Source: Leptonemataceae bacterium
GTDB taxonomy: Bacteria > Spirochaetota > Leptospiria > Leptospirales > Leptonemataceae
Reading direction: 5' to 3'
Assembly (NCBI GenBank): GCA_965227295.1
Contig: OZ245742.1
Location: forward strand, 3,424,001 to 3,488,000
Length of the DNA stretch: 64,000 bases
Shown piece after piece: positions 49,056 through 58,696 of the stretch. Numbering within the stretch: position 1 is the stretch's first letter; each line of letters begins with the position of its first letter. Under the pieces are notes generated by a model that did not search any database, was not told the DNA's origin, and was given only the letters and a program-made list of their open reading frames with translations. Made by a program: the position numbers and the translations under genes.

Positions 49056-50012
49056 TTACGTTACTGTGTTTTGCGGTTTGCCCTGCATGAAGCTCTTCAG
49101 ATTTTCCGCCGCTGTTTTGAGCAGTCGTGTCCGCGCCTCTGTCGTGGCCCAGGCGATATGTGGTGTTATGATGCAGTTTTTGGCTTTCAGCAGGGGATTC
49201 GCAATTTCAGGCGGCTCAGTGCTTAAAACATCGAGCCCGGCGCCCGCGATGACGTCGTTGTTCAGGGCGAAGGCGAGGTCTGGATCATTGACGAGCTGTC
49301 CTCTGGAAGTGTTGATGAGCAGAGCCGATGCTTTCATCTTCTCCAGTGCCCCTATGTTGATGATGCCTTTTGTCTCGCTGGTAAGCGGGCAGTGCAGACT
49401 GATGACATCGGAAGTTTTCAGTAGTGCATCCAGGCGCACCCATCGGGCACCCCCGGCTGCTTCCGGAGCGACTTCTTTCGGACTATGGTAAAGTACATTC
49501 ATCCCGAATGAGGCGGCAATGCCGGCGGTGGCCTGACCGATGCGACCGAAGCCGAGGATTCCGATGGTCTTTCCCTGGAGTTCGATCAGCGGTCGTTTCC
49601 AAAAACAAAAATCATCTCCCGCTGACCATTCGCCCTGCCTTACGGCATCACTGTGCAGGCCGACGTTGCCGGTCAATTCCAGTAAAAGCGAGAAAACCAT
49701 CTGAGCCACGGAGGCCGTGCCGTAGGAGGGAATGTTGGTAACCGTAATGCCTCTTTCCGAAGCGGCGTTCAGATCAACGACGTCGTACCCCGTAGAAAGG
49801 AGCCCGATGTATTTCAATGAAGGCAGAGACTGTATTTCGGATCTGCTGATCCTTACCTTGTTGATGAGTAGTGCTTCGGCCTCCCCGGCACGCTCTATGA
49901 CTTCGCTCGGTGATGATCGGTCATAAACGGTAAAGTCGCCGAGTGTTGCCAGGGGGGCCCAACTCAGGTCGCCTGGATTCAAGGTATATCCGTCAAGGGC
50001 AACTATCTTCAT
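49056..50012 (-). CDS. D-2-hydroxyacid (glycerate-type) dehydrogenase
   Basis: LDGYTLNPGDL, GFGRIG, LHCPL, INTSRG, TPHIAW. Confidence 0.93.
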   Translation of the reverse strand: MKIVALDGYTLNPGDLSWAPLATLGDFTVYDRSSPSEVIERAGEAEALLINKVRISRSEIQSLPSLKYIGLLSTGYDVVDLNAASERGITVTNIPSYGTASVAQMVFSLLLELTGNVGLHSDAVRQGEWSAGDDFCFWKRPLIELQGKTIGILGFGRIGQATAGIAASFGMNVLYHSPKEVAPEAAGGARWVRLDALLKTSDVISLHCPLTSETKGIINIGALEKMKASALLINTSRGQLVNDPDLAFALNNDVIAGAGLDVLSTEPPEIANPLLKAKNCIITPHIAWATTEARTRLLKTAAENLKSFMQGKPQNTVT

Positions 50013-50063
50013 TCTTCAATGTTCCATTGTGGATCGAGGTACGGCGTCGGACCCGCCGGGGCC

Positions 50064-50816
50064 CTACCACTCGCCGCCTTTGCTGAACTTCTTTTTCGAC
50101 TCGCCTTTGAAGGCTTTGCCGGCTTCTCCAATGTTACTCAGGATCTCATCATGGCTTTTGCCGCTGGTAAACCTTGCAGCGGGGATGATCGTGAGGCATT
50201 CGTTTACGTCCATAAAAACCGATGCCTCCAGTAATTTGGCCTCATCTTCAGGAGGGACCGCAAGAAAGCCGTGTTTGTCGGCATGCACAAGCTGTCCCGG
50301 TTGAACCTTGCAGCCGAAGACCTCGACTTCGCAGTTCCATTTTACCGGCGTGACGTGCGCATTGCCGATGCACAGACGTTTTGCAATCGCTTTGAATCCG
50401 GCATTGGTCATTTCGTCAATATCTCGCACGGCTCCGTCGGTGATCGTGCCGACGCATCCGAGGGAGCGGTGTATGTTCGCGTTTACTTCGCCCCAGAAGG
50501 AACCCACACATGCGGGTTTGTCGAGATCCTGGATGATTACAATCTTCGGGCCGGGAATACTCGCCATGTATGCCCGGTACTCGCTGACTGCTTTGGGGTT
50601 GGTTTCCGTATGTTGTTTGTTGCTCGGTTCGATAACAACGGTAACTGCATAGCCGACCATGGGCCCCATTCCGGGCATGAAGTCCGCGACCTCGTCAAGA
50701 TTGAAGCACTCCTGCGCAACGTCGCGGCCGGTGATCTGTTTCCAGCCATTATATATGGTGGGCGTGTTCCAGCGCTTTAATTGAAGCAGGTCTGCCTGCG
50801 AAAGAATCCGACTCAT
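50064..50816 (-). CDS. RraA / HMG-aldolase family protein
   Basis: TPTIYNG, GYAVT, WGEVNA, TDGAVRD, HADKHG; ATG 50816. Confidence 0.88.
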   Translation of the reverse strand: MSRILSQADLLQLKRWNTPTIYNGWKQITGRDVAQECFNLDEVADFMPGMGPMVGYAVTVVIEPSNKQHTETNPKAVSEYRAYMASIPGPKIVIIQDLDKPACVGSFWGEVNANIHRSLGCVGTITDGAVRDIDEMTNAGFKAIAKRLCIGNAHVTPVKWNCEVEVFGCKVQPGQLVHADKHGFLAVPPEDEAKLLEASVFMDVNECLTIIPAARFTSGKSHDEILSNIGEAGKAFKGESKKKFSKGGEW

Positions 50817-50856
50817 TGTAAACCTCCGGGAGTTTGTTCCCCTCGTGCGGGTATGA

Positions 50857-50878
50857 TTTATGTAGACAGTGACTACAT
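50857..50878. promoter_or_regulatory. Candidate TetR operator, copy 1
   Basis: TTTATGTAGACAGTGACTACAT, identical to 51794-51815. Confidence 0.8.
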
Positions 50879-51024
50879 GGGTGTTCGCCGTGTCAATAAA
50901 ATATTGTTCCCCCGGTAAATCCCAGGAGTTGCACGACTCTGCTCGGTGTGCGCGGAACACGTCCCATCGGTGAGGTTGAAATTGAGGTTGATCGTTACGG
51001 CAGGCGAGATTCACGTATTCTCCT

Positions 51025-51633
51025 ATGCGAAACAAGAACAACGTTGATGTCCGGGAAGCATGTGTCAGCGAGTCGCTGAAGATCATCGAAGAGCACGGGA
51101 TCAAAGGCTTGAGCATCAGGGAAGTGGCGCGTCGATTGAAGATCTCGCATGGCGCGCCGTACCGGCACTATGAAAACCGGGATGCACTGATCGCCGAGAT
51201 TGCCATCCGGGGTTATGAACTTCTCGCCAGTTATCTTGTGAAGAACATCGATTATGAAAAAAAAACGCTGCCGGAGAATTACATAAACCTTCTGGACAAC
51301 TACATGAAGTTCAGCAACCAACACGGAACTTATTACGACATCATATTTCTCTCCGACCTTCCGCCCTCGCAGGATTATCCCGCATTGAAGAAAGCGGGCC
51401 TCATGACCTACTTTATCTTCGAAGACCTTGTTGTAAAAATGAAAGAACGCGGTGAGTGGCAGGTGGATGACGTAAAGGAGGTTTGTCTCGAACTGCTTTC
51501 GAAGATGCAGGGCCTGGCCACTTTGGTCAGTTCAAAGAAGATCTATACCGCCGGCTACACCAGGAACGATGTTAAAAAATATTCCCGGAACATCTTCCAG
51601 CGCTTCTATGATTCCATGAAGAAGCAGCCGTAG
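51025..51633 (+). CDS. TetR/AcrR family regulator
   Basis: LSIREVARRLKISHGAPYRHY. Confidence 0.93.
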   Translation: MRNKNNVDVREACVSESLKIIEEHGIKGLSIREVARRLKISHGAPYRHYENRDALIAEIAIRGYELLASYLVKNIDYEKKTLPENYINLLDNYMKFSNQHGTYYDIIFLSDLPPSQDYPALKKAGLMTYFIFEDLVVKMKERGEWQVDDVKEVCLELLSKMQGLATLVSSKKIYTAGYTRNDVKKYSRNIFQRFYDSMKKQP

Positions 51634-51790
51634 CGTCGAACGCAAATATTCCGGCATGTCTTCCATTATATTAGAACGTTTCCTGTTCCGTCTCGCCCGT
51701 CCGCGTTAGCCCTGCTTTCTTTTCGATACACTCATTCATTCAGTTCGTTTTTCGCAGGACCTGCGTTTATCCTTGACCGCCATTCTGTGT

Positions 51791-51821
51791 CCTTTTATGT
51801 AGACAGTGACTACATAAAAGG
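51791..51821. promoter_or_regulatory. Candidate TetR operator, copy 2
   Basis: CCTTTTATGTAG-ACAGTGA-CTACATAAAAGG, 12-bp inverted repeat just upstream of the transporter ATG. Confidence 0.8.
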
Positions 51822-51834
51822 ACGGGTGGCGAAC

Positions 51835-53139
51835 ATGAAAGAAATATTCAATAGAGTGGCGAGTGCAAGGCCGGGTGGGATTCCCCTGTTTGTTGTGATT
51901 GTAATGGTCCTGACTTCCGTTGCGATCTGGCAGGCGGGGGCCCTTCAGGAAGGGGGCATTCTCACCGCCTGGCCCTTTATGATCTCCATGGGGCTCATCT
52001 TTTTCGCGATCGGCGAAAAGTTGCCCGTATGGAACAAGTTCTTCGGCGGCGGATACATTCTTGCCTTCGTTGGCGGCGCACTGCTGGCCAGGTTCGGCAT
52101 CGTCAACGCCGCCGATATCGAAGTATTAACCGCCAGCGCAATCGGAAACAAGTTCCTCTATTTTGCCCTGATCTTGCTGATCGCGGGAAACATTCTCGCT
52201 GTGCATAGAAGAACGCTGCTCAGGTCTCTGGTCGGCTATATCCCGCTGATTTTGATCGGCCTTACGGGAGCCGTGACTTTCGGTGGAATCGGGGGATTGA
52301 TCTTTGACATCCCGTTCTCGAGAATCATCACACACTACGTTCTTCCGATTATGGGCGGCGGTAACGGCGCGGGAGCGATTCCCATGGCCGAGATTTATGA
52401 GAACGTATCCGGAAAACCGCGTGGAGATTACTACAGCTATGCGATCGCAATTTTAACCCTGGCGAATTTGGTCGCCATCGTTCTCGCTTCACTGCTGAAT
52501 ATTCTCGGCAATAAGTTTCGATCATTGTCCGGCGACGGGAAGCTCGTTTACGACGATGCTAATGTGGCCGGAGGCAACGAAGACGAAGAAAAAGTTAACG
52601 TCGAGCCCACGGCCCAGGATCACCTGAATGCCTTTTACCTGGCCTTTGCCGTTTCGGGTGTTGCCATCATCCTGTACGGCCTGTTTAGTACGATTCATTT
52701 GTTCGCTTACGTCGTCGTCCTGTTTGTTATTTTGAATGCCCTCGATGTCGTATCCGCGCAATTGAAGGCGGCCTTGACCAACGTGATGAGGGGAGGGCTG
52801 AAGCTGATTCTGCCCATGGTTCTCTTTGTCATCGGTCTTGGGACGGACATCAACGAAATGATCAGCGCTTTGACTCTTTCGAATATGGTGATCATCATCA
52901 TGATCGTTTCGGGAGTCGTTCTGTTTATTCTCTGTTCATCGAGGCTCTTCAAGTTTTACCCGATCGAAGCGGCGATTACGGCGGGTCTGTGTATGGCCGA
53001 CAGAGGCGGCTCGGGTGACCTGGAGGTGTTGGGTGCATCGAAGCGCATGGAACTCTTCCCGTATGCGCAGCTCTCTTCACGAATCGGCGGCGGTCTCATT
53101 CTCGCTATCGCAGGCTACTTGTTCAGCCTGTTCCTGTAG
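51835..53139 (+). CDS. 2-hydroxycarboxylate (citrate/malate) transporter family
   Basis: PIMGGGNGAGAIP, GLCMADRGGSGD, SSRIGGG. Confidence 0.93.
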   Translation: MKEIFNRVASARPGGIPLFVVIVMVLTSVAIWQAGALQEGGILTAWPFMISMGLIFFAIGEKLPVWNKFFGGGYILAFVGGALLARFGIVNAADIEVLTASAIGNKFLYFALILLIAGNILAVHRRTLLRSLVGYIPLILIGLTGAVTFGGIGGLIFDIPFSRIITHYVLPIMGGGNGAGAIPMAEIYENVSGKPRGDYYSYAIAILTLANLVAIVLASLLNILGNKFRSLSGDGKLVYDDANVAGGNEDEEKVNVEPTAQDHLNAFYLAFAVSGVAIILYGLFSTIHLFAYVVVLFVILNALDVVSAQLKAALTNVMRGGLKLILPMVLFVIGLGTDINEMISALTLSNMVIIIMIVSGVVLFILCSSRLFKFYPIEAAITAGLCMADRGGSGDLEVLGASKRMELFPYAQLSSRIGGGLILAIAGYLFSLFL

Positions 53140-53192
53140 GACGCGCTGCGTCTTGAAGTGAAGAAGCATTAATAATTAAGAGGTAATTGAAA

Positions 53193-54563
53193 ATGGCAAT
53201 GGATGATTCAACGTGCAGGATCCTGGTCCCCATCGGAGCGGTGGGCGGTGGAATTGCAGAGGAGGAGTTCCGAATCGGTCTTTCCCGGCGTCCGGATGCA
53301 ATCGCATGTGACGCAGGTTCCACCGACTCCGGACCGTCTTATCTGGGGACCGGCCAGACTAAGTATGCCCGAGAGGCGGTTAAAGAGGATATGCGGATCA
53401 TGGTGGTCGGCGGCAACGAACTGTCGATCCCGGTTCTGATCGGTTCCTGCGGAACCTGTGGATCCGACATGGGCGTGGACCTGATGAAGGAGATCACACT
53501 GGAAATCTGCAGAGAAGAAGGCATCAGAGCAAAGATTGCGTGCATCTATACCGGGCAAACTCACGGTACCATTAAGGCGAAGTTGCGGGAGAATAAGGTG
53601 CGGGCCCTGCCTCCCCTGGGAGATCTCACCGAAGCCTTGCTGGATGAGTGTGATCACATTGTGGCTCTTGCCGGGGCCGAGCCTTTTATCAAGGCCCTTG
53701 ATGAGGGCGCAAACATCATCCTGTGCGGCCGGGCCACCGATACGGCTATGATGTCGGCGCTTCCGTTGAAATGGGGGCTGCCCCCGGGGCCGACCTGGCA
53801 TGCCGCGAAGACCGTCGAATGCGGCGCTCAATGTACTTCTATGCCCGCAAAGGGCAGCGTGTTGATTTCAGTGGACCGAGATGGCTTTACCGTTGAGCCG
53901 ACCTTAGAAGGGGCCAGGTGTACTCCTTATACCGTGTCCGCGCACATGCTGTATGAAAATGCAAACCCCTATAAGCTGGTGGAGCCTTCCGGGACTACCG
54001 ATACCAGTACGGCCGTGTATAAACAACTCAACGATATCGCCGTGCGCGTTGAAGGTTCGAGTTTTCATCCGGCCGAAACATATACGATGAAGCTGGAAGG
54101 AGCCGGGGCCGTGGGGTTCCAGACGATCACGCTCGTGGGCATTCGGGACCCTGAGGTGTGTGCCCATCTCGACGAGTGGTCTACGAATTTGAAGAACTAC
54201 ATCAACACGCAGATTCAGAGGCTTAAGTACGATACGAGCACCTTTTCGTATGATATGAAACTCTACGGTTACAATGCGGTCATGGGAGAGAAGGTTCCTG
54301 AAGATGCGCCGCCGCCCCGGGAGATCCTCGTCCTTTTTACGGCGACGGGAAGTACGCAGGAAATGGCCAGCAAGATCAACAAAATGGTGCAGCCGTATCT
54401 GCTGCATTTTCCGTACAACTTTAAGGAGCAATTGCCGAGTTTTGCGTTTCCGTTTTCTCCGTCGGCAATAGAGAAGGGTCCCATCTACGAGTTCAAGCTG
54501 AACCATGTTGTTGAGCTGGAAGACCCGCTTGAACTTGTGAAGTTTGAATATGTAAGCAGTTGA
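53193..54563 (+). CDS. AtuA-like (DUF1446) protein
   Basis: DAGSTDSGPSYLG, GRATD, AKTVECGA, AHMLYEN. Confidence 0.85.
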   Translation: MAMDDSTCRILVPIGAVGGGIAEEEFRIGLSRRPDAIACDAGSTDSGPSYLGTGQTKYAREAVKEDMRIMVVGGNELSIPVLIGSCGTCGSDMGVDLMKEITLEICREEGIRAKIACIYTGQTHGTIKAKLRENKVRALPPLGDLTEALLDECDHIVALAGAEPFIKALDEGANIILCGRATDTAMMSALPLKWGLPPGPTWHAAKTVECGAQCTSMPAKGSVLISVDRDGFTVEPTLEGARCTPYTVSAHMLYENANPYKLVEPSGTTDTSTAVYKQLNDIAVRVEGSSFHPAETYTMKLEGAGAVGFQTITLVGIRDPEVCAHLDEWSTNLKNYINTQIQRLKYDTSTFSYDMKLYGYNAVMGEKVPEDAPPPREILVLFTATGSTQEMASKINKMVQPYLLHFPYNFKEQLPSFAFPFSPSAIEKGPIYEFKLNHVVELEDPLELVKFEYVSS

Positions 54564-54587
54564 TTCTAAATTGAGAGGAAAGCGAAG

Positions 54588-54902
54588 ATGAGTCTTATTA
54601 AAGATGTGTCGAGGTACGTAAGGTCCAAGAATGCCGGTCCCTTCTGGATGACCATTGATGTCTTCTGCGATACAAGGGAAGATTATGAAACGATTAAGAA
54701 GTCGAAGGACATCTTGCCGGAAAAAGTGGCAGCCCTTTACGATGTGGATATTGATTCGATCATGTTTTTCTTTGCAGACGATCTATTGACTGTTAAGTTT
54801 TCCATGCCCAAGGTTAATCCTCAGGGGCATAAATACGAGAGCGACATGCACTCGGGACAGCAGTTTGTGAAGATTCTTGATCTGGAACTTGCGCCCGGGT
54901 AG
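54588..54902 (+). CDS. DUF4387 family protein
   Basis: RSKNAGPF...D..GQQ. Confidence 0.85.
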   Translation: MSLIKDVSRYVRSKNAGPFWMTIDVFCDTREDYETIKKSKDILPEKVAALYDVDIDSIMFFFADDLLTVKFSMPKVNPQGHKYESDMHSGQQFVKILDLELAPG

Positions 54903-55081
54903 AGGGATTGAGCCTGACAACGCCCGTGGATCGCGGACGTATACCGTCCCCCTTTTCCCCTGGACACCCCTTAAGCTGAATACAACAAAAGGGGTAACAC
55001 ATGGAACCGAAGATACAAAGACCAGCAGTAAAGACGAGCAGTCCGCGCACGAACCTGTGCAGGAAGATGCGTTTTCGCGGC

Positions 55082-55101
55082 CCGGCCGGGCGCAACGCCC
55101 A
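55082..55101 (+). repeat. 3' tail fragment of family B element
   Basis: CCGGCCGGGCGCAACGCCCA, identical to 27347-27366. Confidence 0.65.
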
Positions 55102-55159
55102 ATGAATCTCACTTATTCCGCTTTCGAATGTGTGTGGCGGCGTGGGCGCCACCCCTCAC

Positions 55160-55226
55160 AACGACAACGGCCCGGGGCCTGCACGCTCACTTTCTCATTG
55201 CGTGCAGGCCCCGGGCCGTTGTCGTT
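55160..55226 (-). terminator. Perfect 27-bp stem-loop directly downstream of tRNA-Leu
   Basis: 55160-55186 is the exact reverse complement of 55200-55226, with a 13-nt loop. Confidence 0.65.
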
Positions 55227-55229
55227 CAT

Positions 55230-55313
55230 TGCTCAGGAGAGGACTTGAACCTCCACAGGATTGCTCCCACTAGTACCTGAAACTAGCGCGTCTACCAGTT
55301 CCGCCACCTGAGC
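55230..55313 (-). tRNA. tRNA-Leu(CAG)
   Basis: GCTCAGG acceptor stem, anticodon arm CTAGT-TTCAGGT-ACTAG, long variable arm, GGTTCAAGTCC; CCA not encoded. Confidence 0.96.
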
Positions 55314-55546
55314 TTGTGACCGGAGCGCCTCCTGAAACGAGGCGCAGAACAACCAGAGTTTTCGGCCGGAGCCGGGACGCAATCATTTTCAGAATCACGG
55401 GGCGGCAAGTCAGGAGCGTTTCCGGGAGCGCATCATCCCCGGCACAATCCCATCTCCGTGGTGGCCGGCCGATTTCCTTCGTCTTCCCGGGCGGGGTTCC
55501 AGGAATTTGAGTTTGCGTCTGCAGTCCGGGCCGCACGAAATCGTCC

Positions 55547-55933
55547 ATGCAATCAATCACATCGTTTCATCAATCACTCGTTCTGGTCGCGTTAACGTTC
55601 GTGTTCTTGCCGGCCTGCGGCGGCCCGTCCGGCGACGCATCGCAGGATGAATCCGCCCTCGCACCTGCGCCGCCCGCTACCGCTCCGTTTGTCCCGGTCC
55701 TCGAATCCCTGGAACACGGCGACGTCGCGTGTTACGTCACGCTGCGATACGCCGACGGCCCCAAAGACATGCTTGCCGACTTCGCCATCTGTGACATGGA
55801 AGAAGCCATCGGATCAAAGGTGAGCATCCGCACCGAATCGCAAAGCGTCATGGCCGCCTCGTGCCAGGGCGATCCGGAGTGCACGGACAGCGAGACGGTG
55901 GAGTTGATTGTGGATCTTCGCGTGGTGGAGTAG
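55547..55933 (+). CDS. Small Cys-containing lipoprotein
   Basis: LPAC lipobox; GDVACY, SCQGDPEC. Confidence 0.75.
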   Translation: MQSITSFHQSLVLVALTFVFLPACGGPSGDASQDESALAPAPPATAPFVPVLESLEHGDVACYVTLRYADGPKDMLADFAICDMEEAIGSKVSIRTESQSVMAASCQGDPECTDSETVELIVDLRVVE

Positions 55934-56078
55934 GTCTCGCCCCGCGTCTGAAGAACGTCAACACGGAAATCCCGGCACGATTCCCGGTGCGCAACGACTG
56001 GATTTTTCTTTACCCCCGCGCCGATGATCATAGTATCTTCCATTAAAAGAGCGGCACCGTCCGCTCCGCACGACGCAC

Positions 56079-56699
56079 ATGAATCGCACCACCACCGAAA
56101 GCGCACGCACGGCCGGTTACTCCCGCGCCACCAGCGAGACGGACATCGAAATGTCCATCAACCTCGACGGCACCGGCCGCTACGAGTTCCAGACCGACAT
56201 CCCGTTCTTCGAACACATGCTCTCCCACATCTCGAAGCACGGCCTCATCGACATCGATCTGCGCCTGCGCGGGGATCTGGAGATCGACGGCCATCACAGC
56301 GTCGAGGATACGGCCATCGTCTTCGGCAATCTCGTGCGCGAGGCCGTCGGCAACAAGGCCGGCATGAACCGCTACGGCCACTTCACGCTCACCATGGACG
56401 AGGTACTCACAACGGTCGCGGTGGACATCGGCGGGCGTTTCAACTTCACCTATACCGGGCCGGAGTCCATCAAGGTCGGCAAGTTCGGCGTATACGATGC
56501 GGAGCTCACCAACGAATTCTTACAGAAGTTCGCCATGCACGCGGCCATGAATTTGCACGTGCACGTGCACTACGGTGACAATCGCCATCACATCCACGAG
56601 AGCGTCTTTAAGGCCCTGGGCCGCGCGCTGCGCATGGCCGTGGAACTCGATCCGCGGCAGCAGGGCGCAATTCCCAGTACCAAAGGCGTTCTGGAGTGA
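56079..56699 (+). CDS. hisB: Imidazoleglycerol-phosphate dehydratase
   Basis: [27 protein letters not shown]. Confidence 0.97.
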   Translation: MNRTTTESARTAGYSRATSETDIEMSINLDGTGRYEFQTDIPFFEHMLSHISKHGLIDIDLRLRGDLEIDGHHSVEDTAIVFGNLVREAVGNKAGMNRYGHFTLTMDEVLTTVAVDIGGRFNFTYTGPESIKVGKFGVYDAELTNEFLQKFAMHAAMNLHVHVHYGDNRHHIHESVFKALGRALRMAVELDPRQQGAIPSTKGVLE

Positions 56700-56716
56700 A
56701 GGTGAAGTAACACGAA

Positions 56717-56832
56717 TTTGGGCGCGTCGCCTGCGGCGACCGCGCTTTCCAGGGCTCCGCCTTGCGGCTTCGGTCCTCCGCCTTCGGCTCCGGACTCGCG
56801 GCTTCGCCGCGACCCTTCCAATCGCTCGCGCG
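56717..56832 (-). repeat. Branched palindromic element, family B, copy 3 (between hisB and hisH)
   Basis: Minus strand AGGGTCGCGGCGAAGCCGCGAGTCCGGAGCCGAAGGCGGAGGACCGAAGCCGCAAGGCGGAGCCC...CGCCCAAA. Confidence 0.85.
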
Positions 56833-56911
56833 AAGAAGTGCCTTTCATTCTCGCTACCTCGTGCGGTAAAAAAAAGCTGCCCGGGACAGCCCGCGAAAAA
56901 ACACTGACTCC

Positions 56912-57553
56912 GTGTCCGATCGCATCGTCGTCGTCGATTACGGGATGGGCAACATCCACAGCATCCTGAAAGCCCTGCGGCTCTACGCGGACGACGTCGT
57001 ATATACCGCTGACGTCGATGAAATCCGCAACGCCCGTTGCCTGGTTCTCCCCGGCGACGGCGCCTTCGGGGCCGCCATGCAGGGCCTGGCCCCGCTCGAA
57101 GCAAGCATCCGCGAGTTCGTGGAGCAGGGCCGCCCGCTGCTCGGCGTATGCATCGGTTTTCAGGTGCTCTTCGAAGACTCGGACGAAATCCACGACGGCA
57201 CCGACCGGTACGTGCGCGGTCTCGGCCTCATTCGTGGTAACATTCGCCGATTTCACTTTAGTGACGATCACGTTCGCGTGCCCCACATGGGCTGGAACCG
57301 ACTCATTCCGGCAGCCCGGCCGCAGGCAACCGACGGCGATTACGTCTACTTCATCCACTCCTACCGCGCCGAGAACGTTCCGTCGGAGAACATCGTCGCG
57401 TACTGTGACTATGCCGGAGACGTTTTCCCGGCCATCGTAACCAACGATCGCGGGAACGTGGTCGCGGCGCAGTTCCATCCCGAGAAAAGCGACGCCGTGG
57501 GACTGTCTATGTTGCAGGCCTGGGTCCGGGAACCGGAGCGACAGTTCGTCTGA
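56912..57553 (+). CDS. hisH: IGP synthase glutamine amidotransferase subunit
   Basis: DYGMGN, LPGDGAF, GVCIG, PHMGWN, QFHPEKS. Confidence 0.97.
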   Translation: MSDRIVVVDYGMGNIHSILKALRLYADDVVYTADVDEIRNARCLVLPGDGAFGAAMQGLAPLEASIREFVEQGRPLLGVCIGFQVLFEDSDEIHDGTDRYVRGLGLIRGNIRRFHFSDDHVRVPHMGWNRLIPAARPQATDGDYVYFIHSYRAENVPSENIVAYCDYAGDVFPAIVTNDRGNVVAAQFHPEKSDAVGLSMLQAWVREPERQFV

Positions 57554-57575
57554 GCGTCGTGTACAAGAACAAGTC

Positions 57576-58334
57576 ATGTCAAAGTTTCAAGTGATTCCCG
57601 CCGTCGATCTTTTGGGCGGCAACGTCGTGCGTCTCTACAAGGGCGATTACGATCAGTCCACGGTCTACGGGAAGGACCCGGCACAGCCCATCCGGGCTTT
57701 CATCGAGGCCGGGGCGGAACTGGTGCACGTGGTGGACCTGGACGCCGCCCGCCAGGGGGATCGTTCCGTAAACCGCGAGGCCGTCCGTCTCATCCGTGAA
57801 GCGGCCGGCGATGCCGTGCGTCTGGAGATCGGCGGCGGCATTCGCGACATGACCGCCGTCGAAGAGTACCGCAACGCCGGCATGGACCGGGTCATCATCG
57901 GTACCGCGGCCGTGCGCAATCCGGAGTTCACGGCGGAAGCCGTGGCCCGCTTCGGTGCGGACCACGTTATCGTCGGCGTCGACGCCCGGGACGGCACGGT
58001 GCGCGTGTCCGGCTGGGAAGAGGAGAGTTCGCTTACGGTGGACGACTTCGTGCGCGACCTGGCAGAAACCCGCGGTGTGACCGAAATCATCTTCACGGAC
58101 ATCGAACGGGACGGGGCGCTTACGGGCCCGCCGCTTGCCGCGCTCCGGAACCTGCTGGATACTTCGAGTCTGCACATCATCGCATCCGGCGGTGTCTCCT
58201 CTCTCGACGACGTGCGAACGCTGCTGGACCTGCGCCGTCAAAAACCCCGACTGGGCGGAGTGATCAGCGGCAAGGCGATCTACGAGGGCCGACTCGATCT
58301 GGCCGCCGCCGTACAACTCGCCTCTACCGTCTGA
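57576..58334 (+). CDS. hisA: ProFAR isomerase
   Basis: IPAVDL, HVVDLDAA, GGGIR, TDIERDG, ASGGV. Confidence 0.97.
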   Translation: MSKFQVIPAVDLLGGNVVRLYKGDYDQSTVYGKDPAQPIRAFIEAGAELVHVVDLDAARQGDRSVNREAVRLIREAAGDAVRLEIGGGIRDMTAVEEYRNAGMDRVIIGTAAVRNPEFTAEAVARFGADHVIVGVDARDGTVRVSGWEEESSLTVDDFVRDLAETRGVTEIIFTDIERDGALTGPPLAALRNLLDTSSLHIIASGGVSSLDDVRTLLDLRRQKPRLGGVISGKAIYEGRLDLAAAVQLASTV

Positions 58335-58696
58335 AGCAGATTCCCGACCGTTCATCACGGCCTATCCGACATAAGCCCCGCGGTTTATGTTAAAACTATT
58401 CATACCGTCAGTACTTCATGCTGCGTCCTTGAAAAAAACAGGCCGCGGCGAGTTTCTCAGCGTATAAACCAGGAAAAGCCGTTGCCAGAAACCGATATTA
58501 AGTTCGAATACTAAAGAAATTAAAGCAATCTCGAATAACCTGAAAGAAATTCAGTCGACTTTAATATGATTCAACTTTTGAATCAAAAAATATAAGCAGT
58601 GTTGATTCATAGTTGCCCTCTATTCGCTCCGACATCACCGATGGCATAAGTGTGAAGCGGCGTACGTTAAAAGACCGAATCTCGCAACACCGGATC

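Noticed and set aside
50817..51116. N-terminal extensions of the RraA (and 2-HCT, TetR) ORFs
   Set aside because: They run through operators or divergent genes; downstream ATGs fit the families
48900..55313. Integrative element with attL/attR at tRNA-Leu
   Set aside because: No integrase and no duplicated tRNA 3' end found
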